DNA from: Acanthaster planci
Lineage: Eukaryota
DNA length: 64,000 nt
NCBI RefSeq assembly: GCF_001949145.1
Contig: NW_019091360.1
Span: 2,912,864-2,976,863, forward strand
Direction: 5' to 3'
Within the stretch, counting starts at the first letter, position 1, and each line of letters starts with the position of its first letter. Under the pieces are notes generated by a model, which did not search any database, was not told the DNA's origin, and saw nothing but the letters and a program-made list of their open reading frames with translations. Shown piece after piece: positions 53,579 to 64,000 of this stretch. A program made the position numbers and the translations under genes.

Positions 53579-54205
53579 ATGAGACGGGAACTTGGACAAA
53601 AATTGAAGAAAAGGATGTTATTTAATTTGCAACTCAGTAGCAATTTTTTGACTCGATTCAAAATGCGAACAAAATCTGCATCCGGCGACTTTGGCTCGAA
53701 GGGGAAATCAGCCTGCGAATAATAAATTAGAGTAATCTCAACGTCGCTTGATACACTGCGATGCGATACCACACAGGATACATTAGTGATTGCTTAACCC
53801 AAATGCCCCGAAGCGTGTATGCCGAGTCTTATTTCCATCAACGGAAAAACTTCTCCTCTCGGTGAGCTCAATATGGCTCCTGTGCTAATGTCTTATTCAT
53901 AGTTGGATTGACAGACGGGAAGCACTCTTGAGTATTGATTCCTTATGAAGAATAAATTCGAATCAGTCCTGGAGACATCTACATTACAACACGGATGTGA
54001 AGAAGGAATCGTTTCCTTGATTGCCGAGTGTGTAGCTCTTGTACCGTGGTGGAAACATAGCCAGCGCCTGATATATTCCCTTACATTAATGCGCCACATT
54101 AATGAAACCCGATCGTACAATAAGATAAAGGTTGCCAAGCCTGTGGCAAATATCACATTGTCGACGCCAGCTTCGGAATCTTCTGTGAAAACGTCGGCAA
54201 AATGA
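53579..54205 (+). pseudogene. Degenerate hAT transposase C-terminal remnant
   Basis: LSSNFLTRFK (~ATxLDPRFK), then ORF 53945: VPWWKHSQ (~LxWWK) and VANITLSTPASESSVK (~LAxxxLxIPASSxxxER, dimerisation domain). Confidence 0.4.
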
Positions 54206-57200
54206 AACTGAGCAATTCAATTCCTTCCCGCGGGTTAGCATTTGTGTTAAAATGCAAGTAAGATTTCAATGATTTTTCTTTGTCAACATCCACAGAAAGA
54301 CGGCATCACATACATGGAGAGACTGCTTAACAATAACTGAATCAAAACAGCGAAGCCCGCAGCAACGATGGCCTGTTCGGAGATTAAAAAAAAAAAAACC
54401 TGACGAGATGATCACTTGAATAATCGCCCTCCCGCCTCCCTGGTACTTGCGCGCATTATCGGATCCGCAGCACGCCATAATGTGCAATGCTTGGTTTCCA
54501 TTCCAACCTGATATCGTTCTCGTGAACCCAAGGCAACAAACAGGATAGGATCCATTATCCATCCCTCCTGCCCAAGAGCCGCTCCGCTGAAAACTACAAC
54601 TATGCCTCTCCTCTTCCCTTGGCCACTCACGGAGAGATGACCCAAAACTCCAAAAATCAGGTCAAGAGAGGGTAATTCAATCTGTTGTCGTTGGGACAGA
54701 GATCGATCCCTACTCGATGCCTTGGATTTCTGATAATGCCGGCACAGGCCCCGCATTGAGGGGAACTGGTACACCAAGTCAATCCAATACCGTACAGTGC
54801 AAAAGCCACCTTGATGTCAACGTTTAATAACGCTAATGGACAAATTAAGTGGTGCACCGTAACTAGTTAGCCATTTCCAGGAGGCTGAGCCGAAGAATGG
54901 AAAGTTTTGAAACAACTGCATCCTTGTTCCTTACCAATAGAGAAACCACTGACATTCTGGCACTGTCTGCGTCAAATATTCGAATATATTTTTCGATGTT
55001 AACATTGGTAGGTCCAAAACCGTGAAATAAAAAGGAAAGAGATCAGTTTTCATAAAGAAAACCACCTCCTGAAATCTTAAGCCGGCCACAAGGAAAATAG
55101 TCCGCTTCCAGTTATCAATAGAACCTAAATTCCCAACTTAACCCTAACCCTAAAATGTGAATTTATTGGCAGGTTTTCATAAAGCACACGCGAAAATGAA
55201 ATTCTCATTGGTAGGACTGGCGTTAATTCCTGTACCGACAGAAATTACTTTTTTAGAGACTTGGTTCAACGAAAATTCCCGTACAACCGAATATTCAAAT
55301 ATTCGATCGAACTTCATGTAGAATATTCAAAAATTACATTTTTCGATTTGACCAAACCCAACATGATGGGTTAAAAACTGTGAAACTTTGCAAGATCAAC
55401 GCATCCAACGGAAGGGAAAGAAACCCATAGAGATCATTGCCTGTTGAGTCCAACTAAAGTAACTCATTTTATCATGAAGAACATGATAAAATGATTCATA
55501 TTCAGCAAAGACAATATTCTCATTAGCCCTTGCTTGGACTGATTTCCCCTTTATTGATTCGAGTCCCAGTGTAACTAATAATTCATAATAAAGCAACTTT
55601 TACTTACTATTAAAAAGGGAAATGTACAACACTGAATGTTTTCCCTATATTTTTATCAAACAGCCTCAGCTACGGACTTCCTATAACTCTTCACTCGAAC
55701 CTAAAAATGTTGGTGTGATTTTCAAAGCTTTTCAAATAAACAATCGAATCTGCAAACAGAAGTTACGGAATTACAATAACAGCATGAGATCATGAGATGC
55801 GATAACTAAGGTCCATAATGAAAATATCACCCAGCTGAACGCCAAACAGCCGAATGCGCGTATAACACCCTGCCTGTCTGACGTATAAAGTACGTGCAAT
55901 CTTTGATTCAACACCGTCGAAGGGTGAGTATTAGTGATCGTCAACATCAGACTGATAAATATGATTGTAAGCATTATTCCTGTGCTGGTTTTTCTATGAA
56001 TTTCAGCAAACAGATGGGGCACTGCTGTGAAAAAGGGACTGCTGCTGCTCAGCTGGCTGGCCCAGTTGTTGGTTTTTCGAAAAATGAATGGATCACTGCG
56101 TCAAATGGAATCCCAGGAAAATTAACAGGGGGGGCATGAAAATAAATCAGACCATCAGTTTCTCGACCTAGGAGCTTTTTTGCCGCTCAGACTAAAAATT
56201 AATAACCACCAGCTTGTCAGTTCCTCTTTTTCACCGCCACAGTTCAGCACCAAAGAAAACGCAGAGTATCATGCGTATGTTGCAGGGAGAGAAAAAAATA
56301 ACTCGACAAGCGAACAGATGGTGACGTGGAGTGGTTTCGTCCCCGTTAACGTTCAAATAAAAGGAAAGGCATGATATGCTCTGCCCGAAGGTCAGACAAG
56401 GAATAAGCGAAGGTGAATAACAGCGAGAAAGGAAATTAGAAAAACTGGTCACAAAATCCGCTGTTTCAGATGACCGAATTTTTAAAGAACGAACTTTTAT
56501 AGGTCCCCGGTGGTTTTTCTGCATCCGATTTAAAGAGACGAAAAAGTGTTGACAGTTTGAAAGACGAAAGTGTTGCATTCAAGACTTTAGGGAATACTGG
56601 AATCACCTGTCAGCTTGATCACAAAACAAAAGCGTCACATCCAGACTCAATCACTTTTGTCAGTGCACTGTGATGAGTATGGTGCGTTTACTGTGACCAT
56701 TTAATAAGCGAACAAAACCAGAAACACAACTGATCAAGGAAAACGACAATTAAAAACTACACACTTTCTTTGTTTTGGAACATTAACTCCATTTGTCAAT
56801 ACCAATAAATAGTCGAAGCATCACTTGCCGAAAATCACCAACAGAACTACAAGTGACCGATGTAATTTATGATAAAAAAAAACAAGAAAACATCCCTCGA
56901 GATACGGGCAAAAACGGCTCCGGACAAACATCTGCCATCTCCAAGTTGGTCGGGGAGAAAGGGACCGCGTTGTAACGACCGACGCCTTGTTATCATTATC
57001 CAACCTAGATGCCCAGCTTCCCCCACGGATTCTACGTTTAAGCCGACTGCCAGTACAAGTCTCCCGCGAGTCATTACTTTCCTCACGGATCATTGGCTGT
57101 CTTTTCTCGTCCGTTATCCAATGAATAATTCAAGTCAGGACGGCGAGTTACCTCGTACTCATCCAAACGCCATCACTTATAATGCAGCCGGCCAATATTT

Positions 57201-58480
57201 CCCCTCATCTTTTCCTCGCTCAAGCCCATTCCTGCATTACGATTTAAAGCTCAGTCGAGTATAGTCAATATATGCTTTGTAATCTGAACACGGGAAGTAA
57301 TTCCCACGATTGTAAAAAAACCGACAGATTTCAATGGCAATTTTAGTAGACAGAATAAGTGTCCCAAAAATTGGAATATTAAAATGATGATTCTTGTCGT
57401 TGAAGTGCCTGTGACTCCCTAACGGGTTTCCCATTTATGATGAGATTACACGAGTCAAGGAACAAGACTTTAAACATGGCGAAGAAATTTCATGACGCAC
57501 TGAAATACAGGACTGGAGAAAAGTCTGTGGCCGATATGGTGGCAGCATAAGCAAAAGGAAATGTCTATTCATTCCAACTGTCAAAACTACATTTTTTGCG
57601 AGACCAGACACAACACCAAAGCTTGCTTGTTTAAGAGGGATAACATGAAGCCCTTTATAAAATCCATGACCGAAGTTGAGGCTCGAGGAAAGTGAGGAGA
57701 GAGCAAAATCCGATAAGACCGTGAAGGACGAGTCTGAAAACATCTCCTCGGTAATAAATTCAAGAGACAAGCCCTACTCAAACACCTTGAATGGAAAAAA
57801 CGAGCACCATGGTGGCCCCCGGAGAATGACCTGACGACAGAATGATCAATAGACCGAGCCCTTCTGACGTCATACACCCCTGGACTGTACCACGAGAGAC
57901 TTGGAGTGGGTTTCACGCAGTCAAGTGTGGCTCCTGCTGGCACGACCCGCTAATGTTTAAAATATGCAAAATGAAAATAGGGGAGAATTATTGCGTTCCG
58001 CGTAACATATTTAGATGTCCATTAAGGGAATTAATGTAACTCCCAGGTGAGATTGGACGAAAGTTTAAGGGGGGTATATTACTCTGTGTCCAAGGGTGAG
58101 AAGATAATTGAGTTTGAGTTGTGGCAAGTGCATTGGGATGTCTCTTGTTCTTTGTGTAGTATCAAACGTGCGGTGTAACTGCAAAAATAATGCACCCGCG
58201 TCGCCATTGTAGCTAAGTATCTGCATTTGCGTTGCAATTGCTGCAACAGGTGATTTTCTGTTCTGGTTTTTTTAGTTGCAGCATATAATTGTGCAATGAC
58301 CCAATGACTCGGCGGTAACTTTGCCAATATGAGCGGAAGGATTTTTACATACTGCAATCGGTCGCTGTAGTCTTTTTCCACAAGATAGCCATGGGGCACA
58401 ATGCACTCGTTTAGCAATCTCAAGTCTAGCCAACATGGACCATTTTCTGCGATCACACAAGTCGCGTCACTGTGTAACAA

Positions 58481-58642
58481 CACGGCCGTTTCACAATAGT
58501 GCGCCACCAAGAGTATGCAAAGCGTTGGCCAAGCCAATTTGTCGACCCAATGCGCGTTTGGAAAGGGTCGACAAATTTCGCACGTTATGATTGGCCAACG
58601 CGTTGCAAACTCTTGGTGGCGCACTATTGTGAATCGCCCGTG
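58481..58642. mobile_element. Palindromic MITE family A, copy 2
   Basis: CACGGCCGTTTCACAATAGTGCGCCACCAAGAGT ... ACTCTTGGTGGCGCACTATTGTGAATCGCCCGTG; about 10 bp missing from the left arm. Confidence 0.92.
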
Positions 58643-59079
58643 ACCCTTTCATATTTCAACAAAAATTTATTAAGCCACTCTTCTTTTTTTGCGTGATCAC
58701 AAGTACTTGGAGTTCAATGAATCCAGTCTGCAACCACAGGGGAAATGTCACCTTACCAATCACAAACCCACGTCACAGTGATGTTGACAGAATGTGTATA
58801 CCCTCAAAGGTGTCGGTATGTTGAAGGGGGGAACTCACTCGAATTAATTAAGACAGCGTCAGCCCTTGCAGCACACCGTTCCCAACGATTAATCATGACG
58901 AGTGGATGCCACTGGCGACACACTCCACTCCGTGCCATGTTACATACCACCAGACGGTTTATTTCCACAGCACATTGCAATCTGGCCCAATCAGAAATCA
59001 GCTAGCACTGCACTTTCTTTGGTGCCGCTCGTGGGGACTCCGTCGCCCCCGGATCCTTCATCACATCCCACACCATGCA

Positions 59080-59270
59080 CGAAAAATCAAGACAACCATC
59101 TTCGAACTGATCCCAGCGGACGCACGGTACAACTCCTCTCTCGATCAAGAAACAGAAAAAGAGTCCATCACTCAATGCGTAATGCAAACATCTTGTACGG
59201 GTCTCGCCTGTATTAAATGATTAATTAACACCCATTTATAACACCAGAACGAAATTTGGGCGCGTGGGTT
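59080..59270 (+). pseudogene. Possible degenerate Gypsy gag remnant
   Basis: ARYNSSLDQETEKESITQCVMQTSCTGLAC resembles ERYxFxxRxQxxxESIxxYxxxLxxLAxxC. Confidence 0.3.
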
Positions 59271-59757
59271 AATGGCGGAACAGGCCACCCACATCGTACC
59301 CTTCATCATTTTCTTAGGAAACCAATTATCGACGGTGTCAGCCAGTGCACCGAGAAAAGAAACATGGTGATAAAGAGGTGACGCCAAATCGTCTCCTCTC
59401 CAGCCCACAAAACACTCTTCTCCCACGTTGCCTTAGCAAGTGGTGTGTGGAGGGCTGTTTGCCTCGCTCCACCCTCGAAGTGACTGCGTTTTTAACGACT
59501 ACCGCTCCTCCCGCAGCAAATCAGAGCTACAGGTCTTAAGATGCGGGGCGGTGAGAGGAAGAAGTTTGGCAAAATGAGAAGAGATTGGCCCCAACATCCG
59601 GATGGCTATTGGCTAACGACATGAAGCTTAACGACTGAAATCCCCCACCTCAAGCAGAAACATCCTCCCACGCACACCCACGCGACAAGACTTTTCTCCT
59701 CTTACACTAGACTGAAAGCTAGTAAAGATACAGATTACACATGTATAATTACAGGTG

Positions 59758-59934
59758 AATACGTGCAATTCACAATAGTGCGCCTCCAAGAGTTCGTAAC
59801 GAGATGACCAATCACAGTGCGCGAAATTTGTCGAACCAATGCGCGTTTGAAAAGGGTCGACAGATTTCGCGCATTGTGATTTGGTCAATGCGTTGCAAAC
59901 TCTTGGAAGCGCACTATTGTGAATCGCCCGTATT
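59758..59934. mobile_element. Palindromic MITE family A, copy 3
   Basis: AATACGTGCAATTCACAATAGTGCGCCTCCAAGAGT ... ACTCTTGGAAGCGCACTATTGTGAATCGCCCGTATT. Confidence 0.92.
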
Positions 59935-61139
59935 ATTTGAGACAGATTGTTCATTCTGCCGTGAAGCTACTTGTATCGATTAAGCATATTGTTCTACAAG
60001 ACAAAACAACAAATCTAAATTAGCTGAAATTGACGAGCTCTTATTTCTCTCATTTAAGTGGCGTCTCAGGAACAGAAAAGAAAACAAAAGTGGAGCATGG
60101 CATGGCACGGGGACTGATCCTGTACAACTTGAATCTAATTCACGCTTCTTCAGCTAAAATTTAATCCTAACCCCCTGGGTGTATGTAAAATCATATTGAA
60201 ATCAGAGGATTGAGGACTGTTACGGTCAATTATGAGCTTTTTCAGCAACTCCGGTTTACGAGAAACATGGGTGCTTCACAACGTTCAAAGAAACCAACTT
60301 CTTTCTAGTTTCGTGGACGGACACGATTAAGCTATGAAAAAGGTAAATGCTTCGTTTTTCTGGCGCTGCTCTATTGTGACTTTGCAACCATAAAGTCCAT
60401 TAGGGAAAAGTTTTGATCGAATGAGGAGTAAAACGGACTCGTTTATACAGCCAACCTGTTTGTCTGTTGGCTTTTTTTGAAACCAATGCAACTCAATCTC
60501 TCTTGCTGGTTTTAACCAATAATTATTTAACACTGAGCTGCACACTAAAGCAATGTATAGATAAAAGTACAAATGAATTCCTGCCCATCTATTGCCATGT
60601 AATGGAAAGCAGAACATTTTTGCCCTATGACTACTTAGAAAATAAGTACAATGTAGGCCTCCGTTTTTTCCATTAAAACACACACACCATGGAATCCATT
60701 TTTCGACTACAGCGTTATTTCTATTGTCTGCAACGGTGATCAAAGCATTGTCACGCAAGTAAAATTTCCAGGGATCATTCCAGAAGCCTTGACTGATTCC
60801 ACTCTCTCTAAGCAGATCTGAGATGTTTCAGACCTATCTCTGCTCTTTCTCAAACTCAAACAATCTGTCTGAAACTAAGCCTACTGCAAACTCTTTGCTC
60901 AGCCCCAGGCTTGATTTGTGCAGACATAGACGGATTACGGGTTCTACAAAGTGACAATCCTGAAACCCGTTGCAAAATCCCAGGATTAGCCAGTGTTGAA
61001 AATTAATTAGAACTTTGTGGCAGGGCGCTGCACGTCAAATACATCACATTAACGGTCAGCCTAGAAGTGGCAACGGCGTAAGTGCACGGTAAGAACGGCG
61101 GGAGGAGTCGTAATGTAGTTAACGACTGAGTTTGCTGGC

Positions 61140-61620
61140 ACGTAAGGTGAGTTTATGCGCTCCATTGAAGGATTCCCCAGCCTTCGGAGACAACATTAAA
61201 CAGAGCTTATGTACAACTCCAAGTCCAATGGAATCACTACAAAAAAGGAAAATTGACCATTGGTGTGCGTCCAGAGTGACTCGCAGTTCTTTAACTTGCC
61301 TTTCCTAATGAACTTTCTCTGACTGCTGATCAAATTACCTGTTTCAGACTCTCAACAAACATTTTCACCAATAAAGAATCAGACGAGCCTTCCATGTTTA
61401 CAAAGATTGCTCAGAACACAAATGAAACACTGACCATTATTGGATTATTCAATGTCAAGACTGATTCCAAATATCCATCCTTGACAAATGCACGAACAGC
61501 GTGCTCAATTTCTTGTAATTGATGAGTAAGCGTTGTCCAACTAGTCACTCACAACATGGCCTATTGTGATCAGAATGACTAGTGATGCTTTCAAATTGTC
61601 TGAACATCTGAACAATAGAA
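61140..61620 (-). pseudogene. Degenerate LINE RT remnant
   Basis: Minus strand: SDNLKASLVILI (~PxxLKxAxVxPI), QEIEHAVRAFVKDGYL (~KIxExxVxxxLxxYL), AIFVNMEGSSDSL (~AIFxDxxKAFDxV), GILQWSA (~GVPQGS), in RT order across frames. Confidence 0.4.
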
Positions 61621-61718
61621 AGCAATATTCCGATGGAAATACACTACTTTCAATGAAAATCACTTACAAACAGAACCCAGAGCAGCCAGAATTACGTAGC
61701 AAAAATGCGTAGCAACGT

Positions 61719-61749
61719 GTTGCCCGGGCAACGCGGCTTCCATGGCAAC
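61719..61749. promoter_or_regulatory. Tandem RFX X-box-like motifs
   Basis: Perfect palindrome GTTGCCCGGGCAAC (61719-61732) and GCTTCCATGGCAAC (61736-61749), preceded by a TAGCAAC half-site; match to GTNRCC-N0-3-RGYAAC. Confidence 0.4.
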
Positions 61750-62499
61750 GTTACTGATTGATGAAACACGGTGTTAGATGAATGAACTCAACTGTCGCAT
61801 GATGATAATGATGATGCTGGTGGTCCCGATTTTGTGCGCGTTACGCATGGATCACAAGCCGACCAGTGGTGTACTGCGTACTGTTGACATGAAAAAGTGC
61901 GCGGTTCTCCAGCACTGAAAGAGAACAGACTCAACACGTTCATGTAGCCCTGTATTCAAACGCGCAATTTCCATGTACAGGAATTCGACAGTCTTGTTTA
62001 AGCAGTAAATATGCAATTTTGATTAACAGTAGAGAGAGAGTTTTCCCTTGACCCACTGGGCACATGGAACGACAGTAATTCGTTCTAAGACGCTACTTGC
62101 ATCCAGCACGATGGAGAATCATGAACCAGTGAAGATTGAAGAGACTCATAAATTCCTGAAGACATTATTCATAACATTAGGGCGTTTGGGTTATATACAA
62201 CTACACTAGACGATGAGTCACGAAACAAATCCACTTTACTATAGAATATTTAGTGTTCATCAACTCATATAGTCCTAATTTGTAAAAGTAGATTGGAATT
62301 AAATTTTACAACAGCTATTTTCATCAATACTGCCACACAGACAAACGTGGCAAAAGTGCACGACAAACAAAAAGACGTATGTAGGTTTGGAAAGGGTACC
62401 TGTATGGCCTACCATACACTTAGCTGTTTCAAGGGAATTGTTGTTTATATCCAATTTTTTACTCCCAAAAACAAGAACAATGAGACTACCTACAATACT

Positions 62500-63000
62500 A
62501 CCGGTAGACCTTTCATGAACAGCGCATTAACTGGACGGATGGATTTAAAATACTAAATTTGCATGTATTTTATTTGTATTGTTCAAATCGGGGAAAACCC
62601 ATCGAACACTCAGTTCAATGATTTTAATATTAAATCGCTCGAAGTACTCTTAAAGGTTGGATTTTCAAGTCATGCTGTAAGCTCGATTCATGTTACGTTT
62701 ATCGCTGATGGCATGGTATTTAGTCTACAAAGTTGTTAAATATGACAAAGCTGATTCATTACTCTTTTTTTACTGCCTTGGCATTTTTAACCGTATTAGC
62801 GTATTAGTTAAATCTATGGTTCTCATATAAAGAGTCAGGCTATCGGTCTGCGAAAATAGGCGTTTGAAAAAAATTATTTGCTTCCCCCCTTAAATTCTTC
62901 ATATTATAATTTTTCTTGACAGGGTTGGCGACATAGCAAACAAGTTTTTTTTCCTCAGCTGGAGTTAAAAATAAGGGTCGGTCAGACATGACTTTCAAAA
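62500..63000 (-). pseudogene. Possible degenerate pogo/Tigger-like transposase N-terminal remnant
   Basis: DRPLFLTPAEEKKLVCYV resembles the GRxxxLTxxEExxLVxYI junction into the CENP-B-type HTH. Downstream similarity is faint. Confidence 0.3.
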
Positions 63001-64000
63001 CAAGTGGTTCTCGTAACATCATGGTATTATTTGCTCAATAAATGTACGTGATACTCAACTTCTTTTCATTCCTACATTTTATGGAGCATCCTAAACAACA
63101 GTTTAATTTTGAATTTGAAAGTGCAAGCAGTGAAAGATTTTATGTTTTTATTTACTTTTTATTATCAACAACCAGGACAACATGAACGTAGTCAGAATGG
63201 CATGTTGCAAATATGAATAATGACCACTCAAAGCTTCTAAAGACTGCATAAAATCATTCAGTTTTCACTGAGTGATCAGTCATTTAGCCTTTGTCGATGG
63301 CTATTCAGGATTATGCCTTACACACATGCTCTTGTGTACAATATAACAAATGTGGAAATAAATTTCTGTTGAATTAAGTTTGAAAGAAAATGGTTGAAGA
63401 CGATAAACTGTCGCTTCAGGCTAGGATCGAAATGTATTTATCATCCTCAAACTCGCTGCTCGTTTGATGGCTCGGGAACGGTTTTTTCTGTCACCGCATT
63501 AGATGTAATCGTAGTATGACACACCGATAAGGTCCTAAAGGCTTCCAAGAATAACCACCAATTCAACTTACCTATACGCCGCGGTGATCGACTAAGCTCA
63601 CGAATGTATCAACAGCACCTCATACGAGTGGCTTAAGTGCTACCAACAGTACATCCAGTGGGGTGATGTGCTCACAGCATGGCGGTGCACCCTGACGCTT
63701 GGAACTGGTAGAATATTGCTGAAGAAAAAAAAAATCCAACCCAGCTGCGAACATGCGGTAGCAGCACAGACGAGGTTGAAGGAGAGCATCCGTGTACAAT
63801 GCACGCTTGCTTGCATTCATCACCCAGCAGGTACAGGCTCAACATTTACGCTTGAAAAATTAATGACGTTTCAACCGGGGACGATGTCTGCGCTTCAGGG
63901 GGGACAAGGGAATGCCCACAGTTTGGAGGCGAGCGACGCTCGGCATGGATTCTCAGCCTACTTCAAGTGGGGAATCCTGACTCGTGGAGTGCGGTTTTCG

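Noticed and set aside
195..63823. Most 60-180 aa ORFs in the track as genes
   Set aside because: No recognisable domains, many non-ATG starts, lengths compatible with chance. ORFs 58079-58624, 58499-58696 and 59628-59954 resemble each other only because they overlap MITE family A.
1..64000. CRISPR array or prokaryotic operon/defence system
   Set aside because: No regularly spaced direct repeats seen, very low coding density, and no Cas-like or other prokaryotic proteins in the ORF track.

Overview
Eukaryotic-looking, AT-leaning (about 40-45% GC by eye) DNA with motifs typical of marine-invertebrate genomes. I found no confidently identifiable host gene, rRNA/tRNA, operon or CRISPR array. Directly visible: (i) three copies of a ~160-177 bp almost fully palindromic MITE (48.5, 58.5, 59.8 kb); (ii) four diverged copies of a ~190-200 bp dispersed repeat (0.7, 29.9, 36.0, 49.1 kb); (iii) a clear 5'-truncated L2/CR1-group LINE 3' end with a (TAT)n tail (39.3-39.7 kb); (iv) a strong hairpin element (41.8 kb) and small repeats. 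Manual translation also shows many 'ghost' remnants of transposon proteins (LINE RT; Ty3/Gypsy gag, PR, RT, RNase H, IN; BEL/Pao IN; hAT; pogo) with motif order and spacing kept but catalytic residues mostly lost. Best candidate for something new: the four-copy repeat, which appears to map onto the LINE RT catalytic core with YADD replaced by a shared H-A/T-L-R-type sequence. The ghost pattern is odd enough that provenance (real assembly versus simulated or model-generated DNA) should be checked first. All protein assignments are by-eye motif matches, not database results.
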